DNA of 63,887 nucleotides, filler included, from Nemertoderma westbladi (GCA_032718475.1; 3 parts of 3 records of this genome joined end to end with filler, not necessarily neighbours in it), one strand, 5' to 3'; positions 1-13,615 are shown, numbered from the whole stretch's first letter. Numbers and translations: made by a program. Notes: generated by a model from the sequence alone, not told the origin.

Positions 1-1940
1 GTACATATATAACCGTACTAAGGTATTGTCCAACATAACATATAGGATGACCCCTAAAGATTTACAGCTTATTTCCAAGGGGGTCCTTTATGTTACTAGG
101 TTACAAATACAGTATTACGCAATTACAATTACTACTCTAACCTAAAACTAATATAAAACGTTATTACAACACGTACAGGTCCTGCGAATGGTCGTTAGTT
201 CAGTCCTGCATCGTAGGTGCTGCATAATATATATACTGTAGTAGTTTAATTTCTATTTACAGCAAATCCATTTCTTACCATAAATCTATTTATTCCCAGC
301 AATAATTAAACTGTACCATGTACTATTTATTGGCCTCGTTTATTGTTTTGGTTCGAATAACATGTCACTGTAATATGCTCCTTTCCCTTAAAGACACCAT
401 GATATTGCACCAAAGGACCTAATGACGCGAAACCATAGATTTTTGTTTAACGTAGGGTTTTAGGTATGAGTCTAAATGCTAAAAACCTAACTTTTGACCA
501 TAGTTATAGATTTTAGAAAGAAATTATCATATAGTAGGTCATGATAGCCCCCATAATACAAAAATTGCCGTAGATTCAATGATGATGATAGAACATTCAC
601 CTGGTGCATAGTGAGGGCCTAGTAATGAAATGTTATTGAATGGATAGGCCCAAACTGCAGAGAAGTATATTACTTGCCAAATTTTAGTAAGGTTGTGTTT
701 ACCCACTCACTCCATCCCAGACATTAATAAACCATCAACAACTGTTAGTTTGTCATGTATTACCCCATCAGCTGAATATCTCTTCCCAGTGAATCCTATG
801 TGAATATCTATAAGGTTATTCAATGCTATTTTAGGTGGTATAGGCCAGATAATTGAATTAAATGCACATGGCCGTTCAAATGGTAGGGTCATAATGACAT
901 TTAGGAGCTGGGATTACTCTCTCAGACTGTAAGCAAAGCTGTTCAATTAATGGGGAGAGAACCAATTACCTACGTTTGTTTATGGACGTTCTTCTTATAG
1001 CCAGCTTGCTGGCTTTTCTAGTTAATTAATAGGGCTGCCTTTGATGTATTCTAATGGGTCAGGCCCGCCCAATATTACTCCTACAGCCAACTCTCTGTGT
1101 ATTACTGTGCCACAACTGTCAATGAATGTCTATATACATTTAATTTCGCGACAAAATAATGTCAAAAAATGAAATATATCGAATACCACACATTTAATCG
1201 ACCTGAAATTTTGTAACGCGATTATGAACCACCAAAACAATGTACTTGCAAAATTAAATAAAAAAAGCTAGGTAGGAAGTGTACGAAACTGCAATTCCGG
1301 TATATGGATAGAAACATATACCCCTCACAGACAATTTTTTTCTCACAGTAACTGCTATCCCTGCTCTTTGAGCGGGCTCCTAGTAACGCTTTTTAACAAT
1401 TATAACTAGATGGTGGTGCTTGCACACCGCAAGCAGCGCATTTTAGAAAAATGTAAGCGGATCCATCCCGCTACACGCCACCTACCGGGAGAATGGGGAG
1501 GTGGACTGATTTACGAATCAGTTCAGGTATGTAAGCAATATTGCATACCAGAGAATGTAGGAAGCAATGTTAACCTGCAGAAAACAAAAGTTTGTTTTTT
1601 GAAATCATTTTTTTTGTTCCCCCGACTTTTGCAAACTCGTTCGAACGACTTTACAAAACTCGGGAAAACAAAGGTTTGTTTTTTGTAAATTTTTTTATTG
1701 TCAACCCCAGGATGTGGAAAAAAGTTTCGAAAAAAATTATTAAAGTGTCTTTTTATTTCGAAAAGTAGCCGCCTAGTATGCTACTACTATTTATTGAATC
1801 CTGTTGCTGCATTCATAGATTCTGCCTTTAGATTACTTATTTTACTGATTTTTAGTCCAAAACAACATTTTATATTGATAAAACCGGTTACGGTGTAATG
1901 TTGGCAGTCCCTGTTGAATTATTCTCTGGTATGGCTTTTT

Positions 1941-4900
1941 GGTCAGGTCAGGTCAGGTCAGGTCCCCAGATCCTGCTACCACTATGGCAGTAATGTGGTA
2001 CTACCTGTAGCTGTCAGCCCAGTAGGGCAGGCCCCATAAGCATAGCCTATTCATTATTTAGTTGATCAAGAGTGGGTTGGTTCAGCCCCGTCAACTAAAT
2101 AAGTCATTGAGGGTTATAGCGCCTAGGGCACCATTGAAGGCAAAGGCTTGATACGCATCTGCATTAGAGATGATACAAGCCCCGCCCTGTCTATACTGGA
2201 TGGTTAGGTAACCTAACCCAGGAGGCACACTTGGTTCAGGGTGTAACAAATGGACCCCTACAGTCGGCAGCAGGGCTGTAGGCCATGGATAGGCGGAAGG
2301 TAATCAACCAACGGAGCTAGACATGCTGACAAGGTCGGCGGAAGGTAATCAACCAACGGCGACCTACTGCGAAGACGCTTGTAGGAGTTGCGACCACAAG
2401 CGGTTTACTCCCGCAACTGAAAGATATGAGTATGAGAACCCTCCAGGAGAAATACCGGCTCGGTCGTCGCCCGGGTCAACAAGGACCGCGTCCATCAGTG
2501 GTACACCATGCTGGGGTCGATAAATTGGCTACTGGAACAGAAGACAGAGAAAAAAGAAGAACCAACCTGTTGAAATGTAAAAAGACACTGAAGATTGCTA
2601 CAATGAACGCACGCACGCTGAAAGCACAGAGCAAACAGGGTGACATGGTCGCTCTGGCAATGAAATATAACATCGACATCATCTGCATCCAAGAACATCG
2701 GATTTGTCATGAAGACACTGCCATGAAGTACAATGACATTGGAAATGGATGGACGTTAGTAACAAGCTCAGCAGTAAGAAACTCGGCCAATGCATCAATT
2801 GGTGGAGTAGGAATTCTGCTAAGCCCATTTGCACTTAAGACCCTAAACAACATCGAATCTATTAATTCCAGGGTTATGATCGCAACATTTGATGGGAATC
2901 CCAAGACAACAGTTATATGTTGCTACAGTCCAACCAATGCATCAGAGCCAGAACAAGCAGTCAAGTTTTATGAAGAACTGACTGGGCTTATTAAGGACAT
3001 CCCGAAACACAATGTTAAAGTCATTGCTGGTGACCTGAATGCGCAAATTGGCCCAGAAGACATCAAGGGTTACACCTATAACACCAGTTCTAACAGAAAT
3101 GGGTACTTACTTTTAGACCTAATGGAAGAATGTGAATTGATACCAACAAACAACACATTCGAAAAGAGTAAGGGGAAGCTATGGACCTTTCAATACCCTA
3201 ATGGAACCAAAGCACAACTGGATTACATCCTTATAAACAAAAAGTGGAGAAATAGCATGATCAACTGCGAGGCATACAGCTCGTTTAACCTAATTGGTTC
3301 GGACCACAGAATTGTGACTGCAGAGATCAGGCTCAGTTTGAGATCCAGCAAACCCAGGACAAGCAAGCAAATCAACTATGACTGGGAGAAGAAACTCAGA
3401 ACTGACAATGCTGTAAAGGATGCTTATACAGTAGAAGTTCAAAACCGCTTTGAAGCACTTCAGTCAATGGATGAAGACCAATCCACCGATTCAATATACC
3501 AGAATATAATAACAGCCCACAAGGAATCAGCTAAGAGGCATATCCCCCAGAAACCTAAACGAAAACAGTATGTGCCATGGCAAAACTCTGAGGTTACTTG
3601 TAAGAGAGAAGATCTTAAGATAGCCTACAAAGTTAAAACCGATCAACCAACAACCGAAAACATTAACAAGGTTGAGAAAGCTAAGGACGATCTTAAATTG
3701 GCCTACAACATCAGCCAGGAAAAGTACATACAGGATAAAACTGGAGCAATTACAACTGCTCACATACAGCAACAATCAAGACTTACCTGGCAAACTGTAA
3801 ATGGGGTATCTGGTCGGAAAAGTTGTGCAAAGGGGCGCCTCAAAGCCGATAGTCCTGAAGAACGTGTTGGGAAGTGGAAAAATCACTTCAGCAACTTGCT
3901 TGGGCAGCCACCAAACATCGAGGTCAGCCCTACAAGGAAAATATATGACAAGACACTACCTATAGAAACAGGGGACTTCACACCTGCCGAACTCCAAAGA
4001 AGCATTAAAAGCATGTCCAATAATAAAGCAAGTGGATTAGATGAAATCCCAGCGGAGGTATGGAAAACCGGAGTGCTAAATAGACCATTATTGAAGAAAG
4101 GAGACCTCGGCATACCAACAAACTATCGTGGGATCTGTCTGCTTGTGGTAGCTGCCAAAATATACAATAAAATGATTCTATATAGGATTAGGCCTCACAT
4201 AGAGAAACTACTGCGTAAGAGCCAAAACGGATTTCGACCAAGTAGATCAACAATAGCTCAGATACTTGCACTACGGAGACTGATTGAAGAAATTAAGTCA
4301 AAGAATCTCCCCGCAGTCATGACTTTTGTGGACTTAAAGAAGGCATTCGACTCCATCCATAGAGGTAAAATGCTTGTAATCCTAAGAGCTTATGGAATAC
4401 CAGAAGTAATTGTTGCTGGCATTGTATTGTTATATTGTGACACAGAAGCGCAGGTACTCTCACCAGATGGTGAAACTGAGTTTTTCTCAATCCTGGCTGG
4501 CGTACTACTGCAAGGTGACACATTAGCACCATTACTATTTGTAATTGTGCTGGATTACGCAATAAGGACGGCCACAAAGGATTCATACTTCAAGAACGCA
4601 GAAGTAGTAGATATCCGGCAACTACAGTCACAGACACCGACTTTGCGGATGACATCGCCCTGCTCTCTAATACGCTAGCAGATGCACAACTTCTACTAAA
4701 TAAAGTGGAGAGGGCTGCTAAGGAGGTTGGATTGCATATAAATGCTACCAAGACCGAATTCATGACCTTTAATGTTGATGGAAACTTGACAACCATTGAT
4801 AATAATCAACTAACTTCAAATCTTTAAGGTGTGTGTAAACTGGATCTTTTACTAGTGACCGTGTATATAATTAATTTCAGTTATATTGCGGCCAACAGGC

Positions 4901-5559
4901 CTTTAACGAACTGATAGGTACCTACCTACAAAACTTACTACTACAGGGCGCGCACCAGTTTTGTAAAAATAATCAACTAAGGAAGGTCGATGACTTCCAG
5001 TACCTTGGATCATGGATAGAGAGTAGCAAAAAGGACATAGAAGTTAGGAAAGCAAAGGCTTGGGTAGCTCTATCAAAAATGGAAACCATCTGGAAATCAG
5101 ATCTCTCCAGGCACCTGAAACTAAGTTCTTTCGAGCCACAGTGGAAAGTGTATTTTTATACGGGGGTGAGACCTGGACACTGACTAAATCACTTGAAAAA
5201 CGAATTGATGGTTGCTACACAAGACTACTAAGGGCAGCCCTAAACATCAGCTGGAGACAACATATGACAAATGCCGAGCTTTATGGTACAATACCACCTG
5301 TATCAACCACCCTCCGTGAACGCAGATTAAGATTCAGTGGGCACTGCTGGCGAAGTAAAGATGAGGTCATACCAGATCTACTTCTCTGGCAACCAACTCA
5401 TGGAAAGCGTAGTCGTGGACGACCTGCCATAACATAGATAGATCAACTTGAAAGGGATACTGAACTTGGGAGAAACGAAATTGCGACAACTATGGAGAAT
5501 CGGGAAGCCTGGAAGGATCTCATTTCCACTGTCCGAGTTCGCTCGACCTAGTAGTAGTA
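1941..5559 (+). mobile_element. Full-length RTE-clade non-LTR retrotransposon, decayed
   Basis: 12-bp TSD GTATGGCTTTTT at 1929-1940 and 5560-5571; (GGTCA)n at the 5' end and (TAG)n 3' tail; single APE+RT ORF. Confidence 0.93.
2426..5551 (+). pseudogene. RTE ORF (AP endonuclease + reverse transcriptase), disrupted
   Basis: APE motifs TMNARTL, ICIQEHR, GDLNA, LDYIL, SDH; RT motifs QNGFRP, FVDLKKAFD, QGDTLAP. TDFADD (~4636) is out of frame; there is an insertion at 4814-4967 and a stop at 5435. Confidence 0.9.
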
Positions 5560-5688
5560 GTATGGCTTTTTACGCCATCTAGTGCCATTATATGTGTATT
5601 TTACTTGTGATATTGAATGCTTGCCGAGGTTCGAAATGCCTCATCTCATTGGTTCGTATTCTGGCCTTATGTAAACCTGGTATATAAT

Positions 5689-6027
5689 CAGCCGAATATG
5701 ACGTAACATGCTGTTTGGCACATCCTTCACTTATATCCACTTGACATCAACACGTCCCTTCCACCTATCATGAGACCAGAAGTTGGTCACTCTGTCATAA
5801 TCTACAGTGGACATCATTTGGGCGGCACCACAGAAGTTACCGGAACGATTAGTGCTAAAGAACATAATGATAGGTCCCTTATCCTTAAAGCTCCTGATAT
5901 GCTGCGTCTAGACGTTTGTTACCATCCTCCGTAGAACACCAGATGTTATATTTAATAGAGCAGTAAACATCAATTTCTGAGAATGATTTAATCACAAAGA
6001 ACCGTGCTTTCTTCAAATGAATTGTGA
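5689..6027 (-). pseudogene. Truncated YTH-domain (YTHDF-like) pseudogene
   Basis: Near-identical to 15364-15699; +1 frameshift near 5887, TAC>TAA stop at 5731-5733, and similarity ends after ...HIRL. Confidence 0.88.
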
Positions 6028-6387
6028 TTATAGGCTTTTCCTCCCAGTGTGCAGACTGTTTGACTGAAAATGTCTGCTGGTAACCGAACGCTGCCCTTGT
6101 TGTTGTGTTATACGACCCCTGCCCTTTGACATAATACCATTGGACCATCAATTCAGTTGGTAACTGTCCCTGGTGGGTGGAGGACAGAGTCGCCTCCATC
6201 CATTTATTTGGTCTGAAGAAGCCAGGGTCAGTGAGTCCCAACCTAATTATAACTCCATCTGACAGAGAAGCAGGAGAGTAGCTGGAATTGAGAAAGTAGC
6301 TGGTCAGAGAAATGGGGGTTCAACGAACACCCCCCAAAGCTGGTTGTGAAACGGTAAAGACCGCTCGTCGCACTCAGATGCAGTCCG

Positions 6388-6672
6388 GTGGCGACGCAGT
6401 CAGCTGAGACGACGTCGACGGCACCCACCGTGATGACGGCGACGCAGTCTGCCAGGACGACGGCGACGCAGTCCGCCGGGACGATGGTGACACAGTCCGC
6501 CGGGACGACGGAGGCACAGTCCGCCGGGACGACGGTGACGCAGTCCGCCAGGATGATGGCAACGCAGACCGTCGGGACGATGGCGACGCGGTCCGCCGGG
6601 ATGATGGCGACACAGTCCGCCGGGATAACGGCGACGCGGTCCGCCAGGACGACGGCGACGCAGTCCGCCGGG
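6388..6672. repeat. 24-bp GC-rich minisatellite (~12 diverged copies)
   Basis: Unit approximately GGCGACGCAGTCCGCCGGGACGAC; reads as ATQSAGTT repeats on + and PADCVAVV repeats on -. Confidence 0.9.
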
Positions 6673-7094
6673 TGTCCCACTGATCCCTTGGTGGTCCATC
6701 CAGTTTCTCCCATTAACTTGGTATTCCCTCACTGCTGTGGTCCCTCCATGCTGTCTTCCATCTACTCTGTGACCCCCCAATGTACTCCAATTTGCTCGGT
6801 GGTCCCTCCAGTCCGGTCATCGGGTCCTCCCATGTTCTCGGTGTTCCCGCCGGCTGCTCCGGGTCCAACATGGCATGTGGACCCTACATTTTGTCCCACA
6901 CACTCAATGGTCCCTCCTGGTTCTCCTCCATTCTTGGCTGATTCGATACCATCTAGTGGTTTAGACACCCCAACCATTTCAGCTGCAGATGCCTCAGATG
7001 GCTATTACATCACATCTGAAACTAGATTAGTATCCGACCTTGACTCAGTGACTCAAAATAGTTTATTTGTAGATGTGACTACTCCACAGGGGCG

Positions 7095-10000
7095 GTGCGA
7101 TCCCAAATCGCCTCTACGTCTCCGGAACAGGCAAGTCAAACAAAATATCGGGGGAATGGCAGCACACGACACACTGGAAAAAAAAATATTCAACAAGTAC
7201 GGACAAAGCCGTTTTCGTCCGAGGTTGCCACGCCAATGACCTCCAACATATCGATGACGCCGCCTTCATCCAACCCCGGAGTGAGGGCAATGGATTCCAC
7301 CTACACCGAAACAATGTATGTTGAGGATCTAGTGGATGATGATGGTAAAACCAGGATTAAAAGGATAGGGAAGCAAACTCCAGCAACTATGAACTCCATT
7401 GGCAGTGATGAACATGGGTTGACAAATATCAAAATTGTACCGAATGAAGAAATTGAATTGCTATCACCCTTCAAAAAACTGACAACTAATTCTGCATCCA
7501 TTCATGAACAAACGAAACAATTTATTGAAAATAAAGTATATTGTAAAGAACAACCAGTCAATCAACCTCTCACAGTACTAGAAGAAGTTGATTGGAAGTC
7601 ATTGGAACCCAAGCAATTACTTACAGACACCATAGTTGACCACCTACTTACAGTTGTGGAAAATGACAGTAATGGAAAAGTTGCATGCATCCAATCCCAA
7701 CTTTCTGAAAAGATGAATGATCCTGGGGGATATAACAAGTTTACTGCTGCAAAATTCCTAGCAAGACAGTACTATTTTCTAAGAGAATCAACTCTCCACC
7801 AATTAACATACCTTCTACTGCCAGAATGTTCTGACGAACACTTCACACTACACGTGGCAAACATCAAAGATAGAGAAGTTTATTGACTGTGCCTATTGGG
7901 CTACACTACTCCATCAAATATAACTATTGAGCTGGCGAACATGCTGAATTATATTGATACCTTCCTCCACAACAAAACAATAAAAAGCAATTGGTGGACA
8001 ATAACGGCGGTTACAATACTTCCTCGTCAGAAAAACGGATTTGATTGCGGCATACACGTCTGCTTGTACTCCTACATACTGGGGTCTATAAACAGTGACG
8101 AAACAATGGATGTCCAACAATATCTCACAAAGAGTGACATACTAAGATCATGGGTCCGCAGAAGTCTCAAATCAAAATCCACACAGAAAATTAATCCACA
8201 TACTGGACTAAATAATGGAACACATAGAGTTCAAGATACATCACAGCAATACGACCCCATAGACGCAACAGCGCTTAAGAAATCCTTAAAGAAGGCATCC
8301 TCAGTCAATGATATAACCCAAGTACATAGAACCTCACTACTTCTTCAAAACCCAAAGGACAAAAGCGCAAAAATTATCCAATGTGTGCTTTGAGTCACTA
8401 CTAAGGCTGCGGAAAATACTATTTCAAGAGATAGTAGAAAAGATACTGGGAAAATCCCTGGGAGCACAAAGTGTCCCAGTTAACAGAAGATCCATGGACG
8501 AACTATCAATGGATGTGCTTGAATTTTCACTGGTCACTGACAGTAAGAAAATTACAAATGAATTCAAGAGGAGAGTCAATACAAACTCAGTAGAGCCATT
8601 TGGACTTTTGGAACTAATTGATCTCACAACGAAACTTCAGATTGAAGTGAAAACCTTAACAACAGAGAAGCACAATACCTTAGAAAGAATGGAGCGACTT
8701 GAAAATACAGTAGCACAACTGCTAGAACTTGGAAAACCAGACAAAGTGCCCACTACACCAGAAAGTACACTGAAAGATAGACATCATCCATCACAACGTC
8801 ACTGAAAGACAAAAGCGAAAAAACACAATTTGGACACAACAGACATCAATGCAAAGACACGAAACAATATGAATGACTCAATGGATACATTGATAACAGT
8901 ATCGGGAACTCTATCAGATGACACAAATGATCACACCACTCTAGAGTTCAATACATCACGACAGCCTGCTGACGTGGAAGCAGATACCCCCCCCCCCCCC
9001 CCCCCCCAACTAATAACATACGTCTCAGCGGCAATGACGAAGCTACAACAGGTTCAGACAACCCTTCAGAATTGGTAGTCAACAATCCAGTAACGATAGA
9101 GGAAGTGTTGGAAAGCAATTACACTTGGAATAGACCACACAAAACTAAATCGTATAATAATAAAATGGATAACACAACTGGCTCCAGAACAAAGACAAAT
9201 AACTCATTCATTGAACTTAACATTGACAGCAAACTCGCTGTGATCATGGCTCAACAAACCGAACTAATTGAAAGCTTGTCCGGGAACAAACCAAAGGATA
9301 ACTAAGTTATCATGAACAAAATCCACCCCAGATAGACTGACGAAAATAATATCTGATCAAAACGTAAACACACAGAATAGATCAAGGTCAGATAACAAGG
9401 GAAATAATGAATATAGAACTATAAAAGTTACTGGTCTACCTGCAAATACAGACTCCCTAAAACTATCACAATTCTGTTTCAAACAGACGGGGATAAAACC
9501 AACAAAGAACTACGTGACTGGTTCATATACTCAAGAGAAAGAGGTGACTATCACCATTTCCGCAAGTGATCTGCAAGTGTTTCTACAAAAGCCAATGTGG
9601 CCCGGAAGAAACCCAAATGTCTGGGAATGTTTCCCAGCATCCAAACAAACTTACAAAGTCTCACAATCTAGACAATTTCTATTCCCAACCACAAAACAAA
9701 CCTATAATGAACCACAACCTAGGTCTAACAAATAAGACAAAGAACAATCGTATAAGAGCAACGGTCAACGGAACCGTCAACATAACCTCGACAGTGGCAG
9801 TGAACAAGGGCAATGGCGTAGTGACGATAGGTATACCTACTGCGAAAATAGATACCATACACCTAGATACGAGTCATACTATAAAGGTAGTTACCAAGAG
9901 CGACATAGAGACGATGAACAGAGATACATTTACAAACAGAGTCGCGACTACCACGACAACCGATGGAAACCATACAGATCAGTAGCAGCTACATTTCTGT

Positions 10001-13000
10001 GTACATGCCGCCACCTTCCAACAACAGAGACGATAGAGATAGCTACATTGAAACCTGCACAAATTTTAAAATAATCATCGATGACGCTAACAAAGCTGGG
10101 TGTGAGGTCCTGCTTCTTGGAGACATGAATGCTGCAATAAAACGACAACAATATACATCAAGAGGTTCGAATGAAACATCAAAATTCGGACTCATATTTG
10201 AAGACATTGTTGCTAATGATCAAAGCCTAACATACAGTGATCTCTCTAGCAAAGCTGAAGGACCACAAGCTACGTTTCGACGCAAATCAAGACAAGGAAG
10301 GATCCTCTATGAATCATACATAGATCACATTTTGTGTTCCAATAGTCTCGGCCCATACTTGGACATCTGTAAGGTGACACAGTGGGACAATCGAAATGAT
10401 TCAGACCACACGCCAATATTCGCAAAATATCTGCCCCCAAAAACAAATCGAGAAACACAACAGGAAAAGATTAAAATAAAGTTACTCAACCCAACATACC
10501 TATTTCACAAAGCTTCCAAAAATCAAATAGAAAGATACTCGCAACAGATTGAGGACACTCTTAACCCTTTGCTAGACAACATGCCATTGACTGATAAACC
10601 CAACTCAACTTCAATGTTGAAAACTCTAACCAACACTCTTCTAAAGGCATCAAAAGACCACATTCCATCAGTTTACACATCAAAGAAAAACAACAAAACT
10701 CGATTTTGGTTAAGAGGGCAAAGTATACAGGACATAGGAAAGCTTAAAGATGAACTTGACAGATCAAAACAAAACTACATCGAACATGGTCTATGTAAAG
10801 TCTCGAATCAATGCAGAATTTGCAAAATGTACTTTAGAAAGAAAGCCCTATACGCCCACACAAGAAACCTGCTGAGCAAAGAAGCGTACACAACTGAGGT
10901 ACACAAGTTAATGTCATCATGTGCCACGCATCCGGACAAGTTTTGGAGACTACTCAAACAGCGAAACCCTACGAACAAATTGTCTGATGCCGCTGTGGAT
11001 GAACTGCATGATACAATTAAACACAAATTCACTGATAATAAGGAAACATACATCCCAAAGACCACTGAACAATCAAACCTTCAACCCAAAATACTGACAC
11101 CTGTTGACATATAAAACGCAATACACGAGCTAAATAAGAGAAAAACTTCGGATATGCTGAATATATGTGCCGAAAGCCTGCAGTTTGGGAAATCAGAAAC
11201 GCTACACTCATACATAGCATTACTGTTCAACACTATTCGCAGCACTGGTAAATGATCAGAGGAAATGGGGACTAGCCTGCTGACACTAATTCCAAAGAAA
11301 AACAAAATATCAAAAGCAGATGAAGACATTGGCTACAGTGGCATTAGTATTATCAACACTATATCTAAGATTTGGGAAATATCGATTCTACCTGATCTAG
11401 GTATGCTACCATCATCTGATCTTCAGTTCGGATATAAACCAAAGCAAGGTGGGGATATGGCATGTACACTGGCGAATAACATTATTGAGTACTTTAACCA
11501 AGGAAATTCAAACATCTATGTCATGACACTGGACTTATCTGCTGCATTCGACAATGTTAGCTACAACAAACTGTTTACCAAACTGTCAGATGCCAATGTA
11601 GACCCACTCCTCATCTCCGCAATTCAATCCTATTATCAATCCTCTGTAACCTATCTGAAGAATGGTAGCTATGTTATAGAAGAAGGTATACTACTACAGC
11701 AAGGGGTGAGACGAGGTTGGGTCCTATCACCCATCCTATTCAACTTCTATCTCAATGACCATTTGAAAATATAGCCAGCTGCAAAATGGGAGTACACATA
11801 AGTAGAGTATCATTTGCAATAATGGGATATGCTGACGACTTGATTCTAATCGCCAACATAAAACAAGACCTGCAGGACCTCTTAGTGCTCTGCCAAGATT
11901 ACTTCGTTAAACACAACTTAACGATCAATATGAAGAAATCTCATTTTATATCTATAGACACCAATGGTAAACCTGTAACTGGCGAAGTACTCCTGCTCGC
12001 AGGTAAAACTCTGGAATCAACCTTTAAATGTACGTACATGGGCTTACCAATCCCTCAAACTACATACAATATGAGAAAGCACTTCGAACAAAGAATCTGG
12101 TCTACAATAAATAAGATTAACATGAGAGGACTTGCGGTAGACAATATACCTCTCCATATAACATCCAAGCTGTGGAGGACCATATGCCTACCACAGATAC
12201 TATACGGCTCACCAAATCTAATGCCAAATGATATAAAACAACTTGTAACAAACTGTAGGAAGGGAATGCGGAATCTGATACGATGTGGCAACTATATATC
12301 CAATTCTACACTACACAGATTATTCAAAACGATTGACTTTGAAACTGAGATTAGTCTGCGACTCATGCAACTAATATACCGGCTGTTTAACAATCCGAAT
12401 CAAAGAGCATCATTCTTTTTTATACGGCTACTTACTATGTTCCAAAGTGGAATACGCAGCCCAACTATTTTCGATACATACAATCAACTGGCATGGAAAA
12501 CTGGTATCCCTAGCCTAAACGCTTTGGTGACTAGCGAATATAGTACGAAACACATTGCAAAACACCACGGCAAGACTAACCTCTCCCAAACACAAACACC
12601 AAAGGAAGCCTTTGAACTGTTATATGTCCAGTCGATACTGGAGAACTTTGTAGCGCCGATCCACGAGCGAATATGTGTCATAAAAGATTATTTTGGGCTT
12701 GAACAGCGCCCAACGAAACCGCCATAAAGGAGGTAGCCGATTTCGCCGCTCTATAGTAACTCATCGCCCATTGCATGGCTCGCCCCCAAACTATAGGGTG
12801 GGGAATACATTGGCACTGGGACTATGCTTGTTGTACATACTACATAACCCGCCAGCCACCGTTTTGGTTAATTAATAACATGATTAACTTGTTTATATTT
12901 AATTTTGTACACAGTTGATTTTATGTCAGTCATTGGTGCGGAGTACTAGTTTTATTTAACATGGCAGACCATTTTACTCAATTAAAGCCGCCGGGGCCTT

Positions 13001-13023
13001 ATGCCGGATTGAATAATAATAAT
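7095..13023 (+). mobile_element. RTE-X-like non-LTR retrotransposon with long ORF1 region, decayed; 5' boundary approximate
   Basis: APE (VYMP, GDMNA, YIDHI, SDH; ~9760-10430) and RT (LQFGYK, LDLSAAFD, GVRRGWVLSP, YADD; ~11130-12000) broken by stops and frameshifts; GAATAATAATAAT tail ending 13023; A-rich sense strand throughout. Clade assignment is by motif resemblance only. Confidence 0.8.
7560..8100 (+). pseudogene. Ulp1/peptidase C48 (SUMO-protease-like) domain interrupted by an in-frame stop
   Basis: SLEPKQLLTDTIVDHLL, LLPECSDEHFTL (catalytic His), PRQKNGFDCGIHVC (oxyanion Gln, catalytic Cys); TGA at 7884-7886 with the frame continuing into ORF 7896-8393. Confidence 0.8.
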
Positions 13024-13615
13024 CTCTACTGGTTGAAAGTTTCTCTCACTCAGTACATTACCGGCTGCTATGGAGTCCTACTCCTAATGCAGTGGGCTTT
13101 ATCCGCTGGTCAGATTTCTGATAACCAGCACTATTAACATGCCCTTATGTCAATAAGCCTTTATGTTATATGCATTAATTGAACTTTATTTACGTGTATT
13201 ATTATTGATATTCTGTCGTTAAACTCAATTTGTTGTCTTCTTGGCTTAATATATCGCCGATATTACGGAATCAAGAAAGTTTTACACGCGCCACAACAGG
13301 TGGGTCTCTATAATTAAGTATCAGTGATAATCTGGACAATTGCATCAGATTTTTGTGTTGTTTTACCTCTGATTCACTAAATAATTAATATATGGCGGTA
13401 TCTCAGACCATTATTATAAGCAAGGGTCTTATTATTAACTATATCACGATTGAAAGTTGTCATAAATTGATTATGGTAGCATTATCAATATAATTAGACA
13501 TGTTACAAGTTACAGTACGTTTCCCTTAAAGGGAACCACAAGTGCTAGACTTTTTGAGTCCTTACATAATTAATTAGTAGGTCATTTGCTTGTAATACTG
13601 TGTTGCCACACCCTC

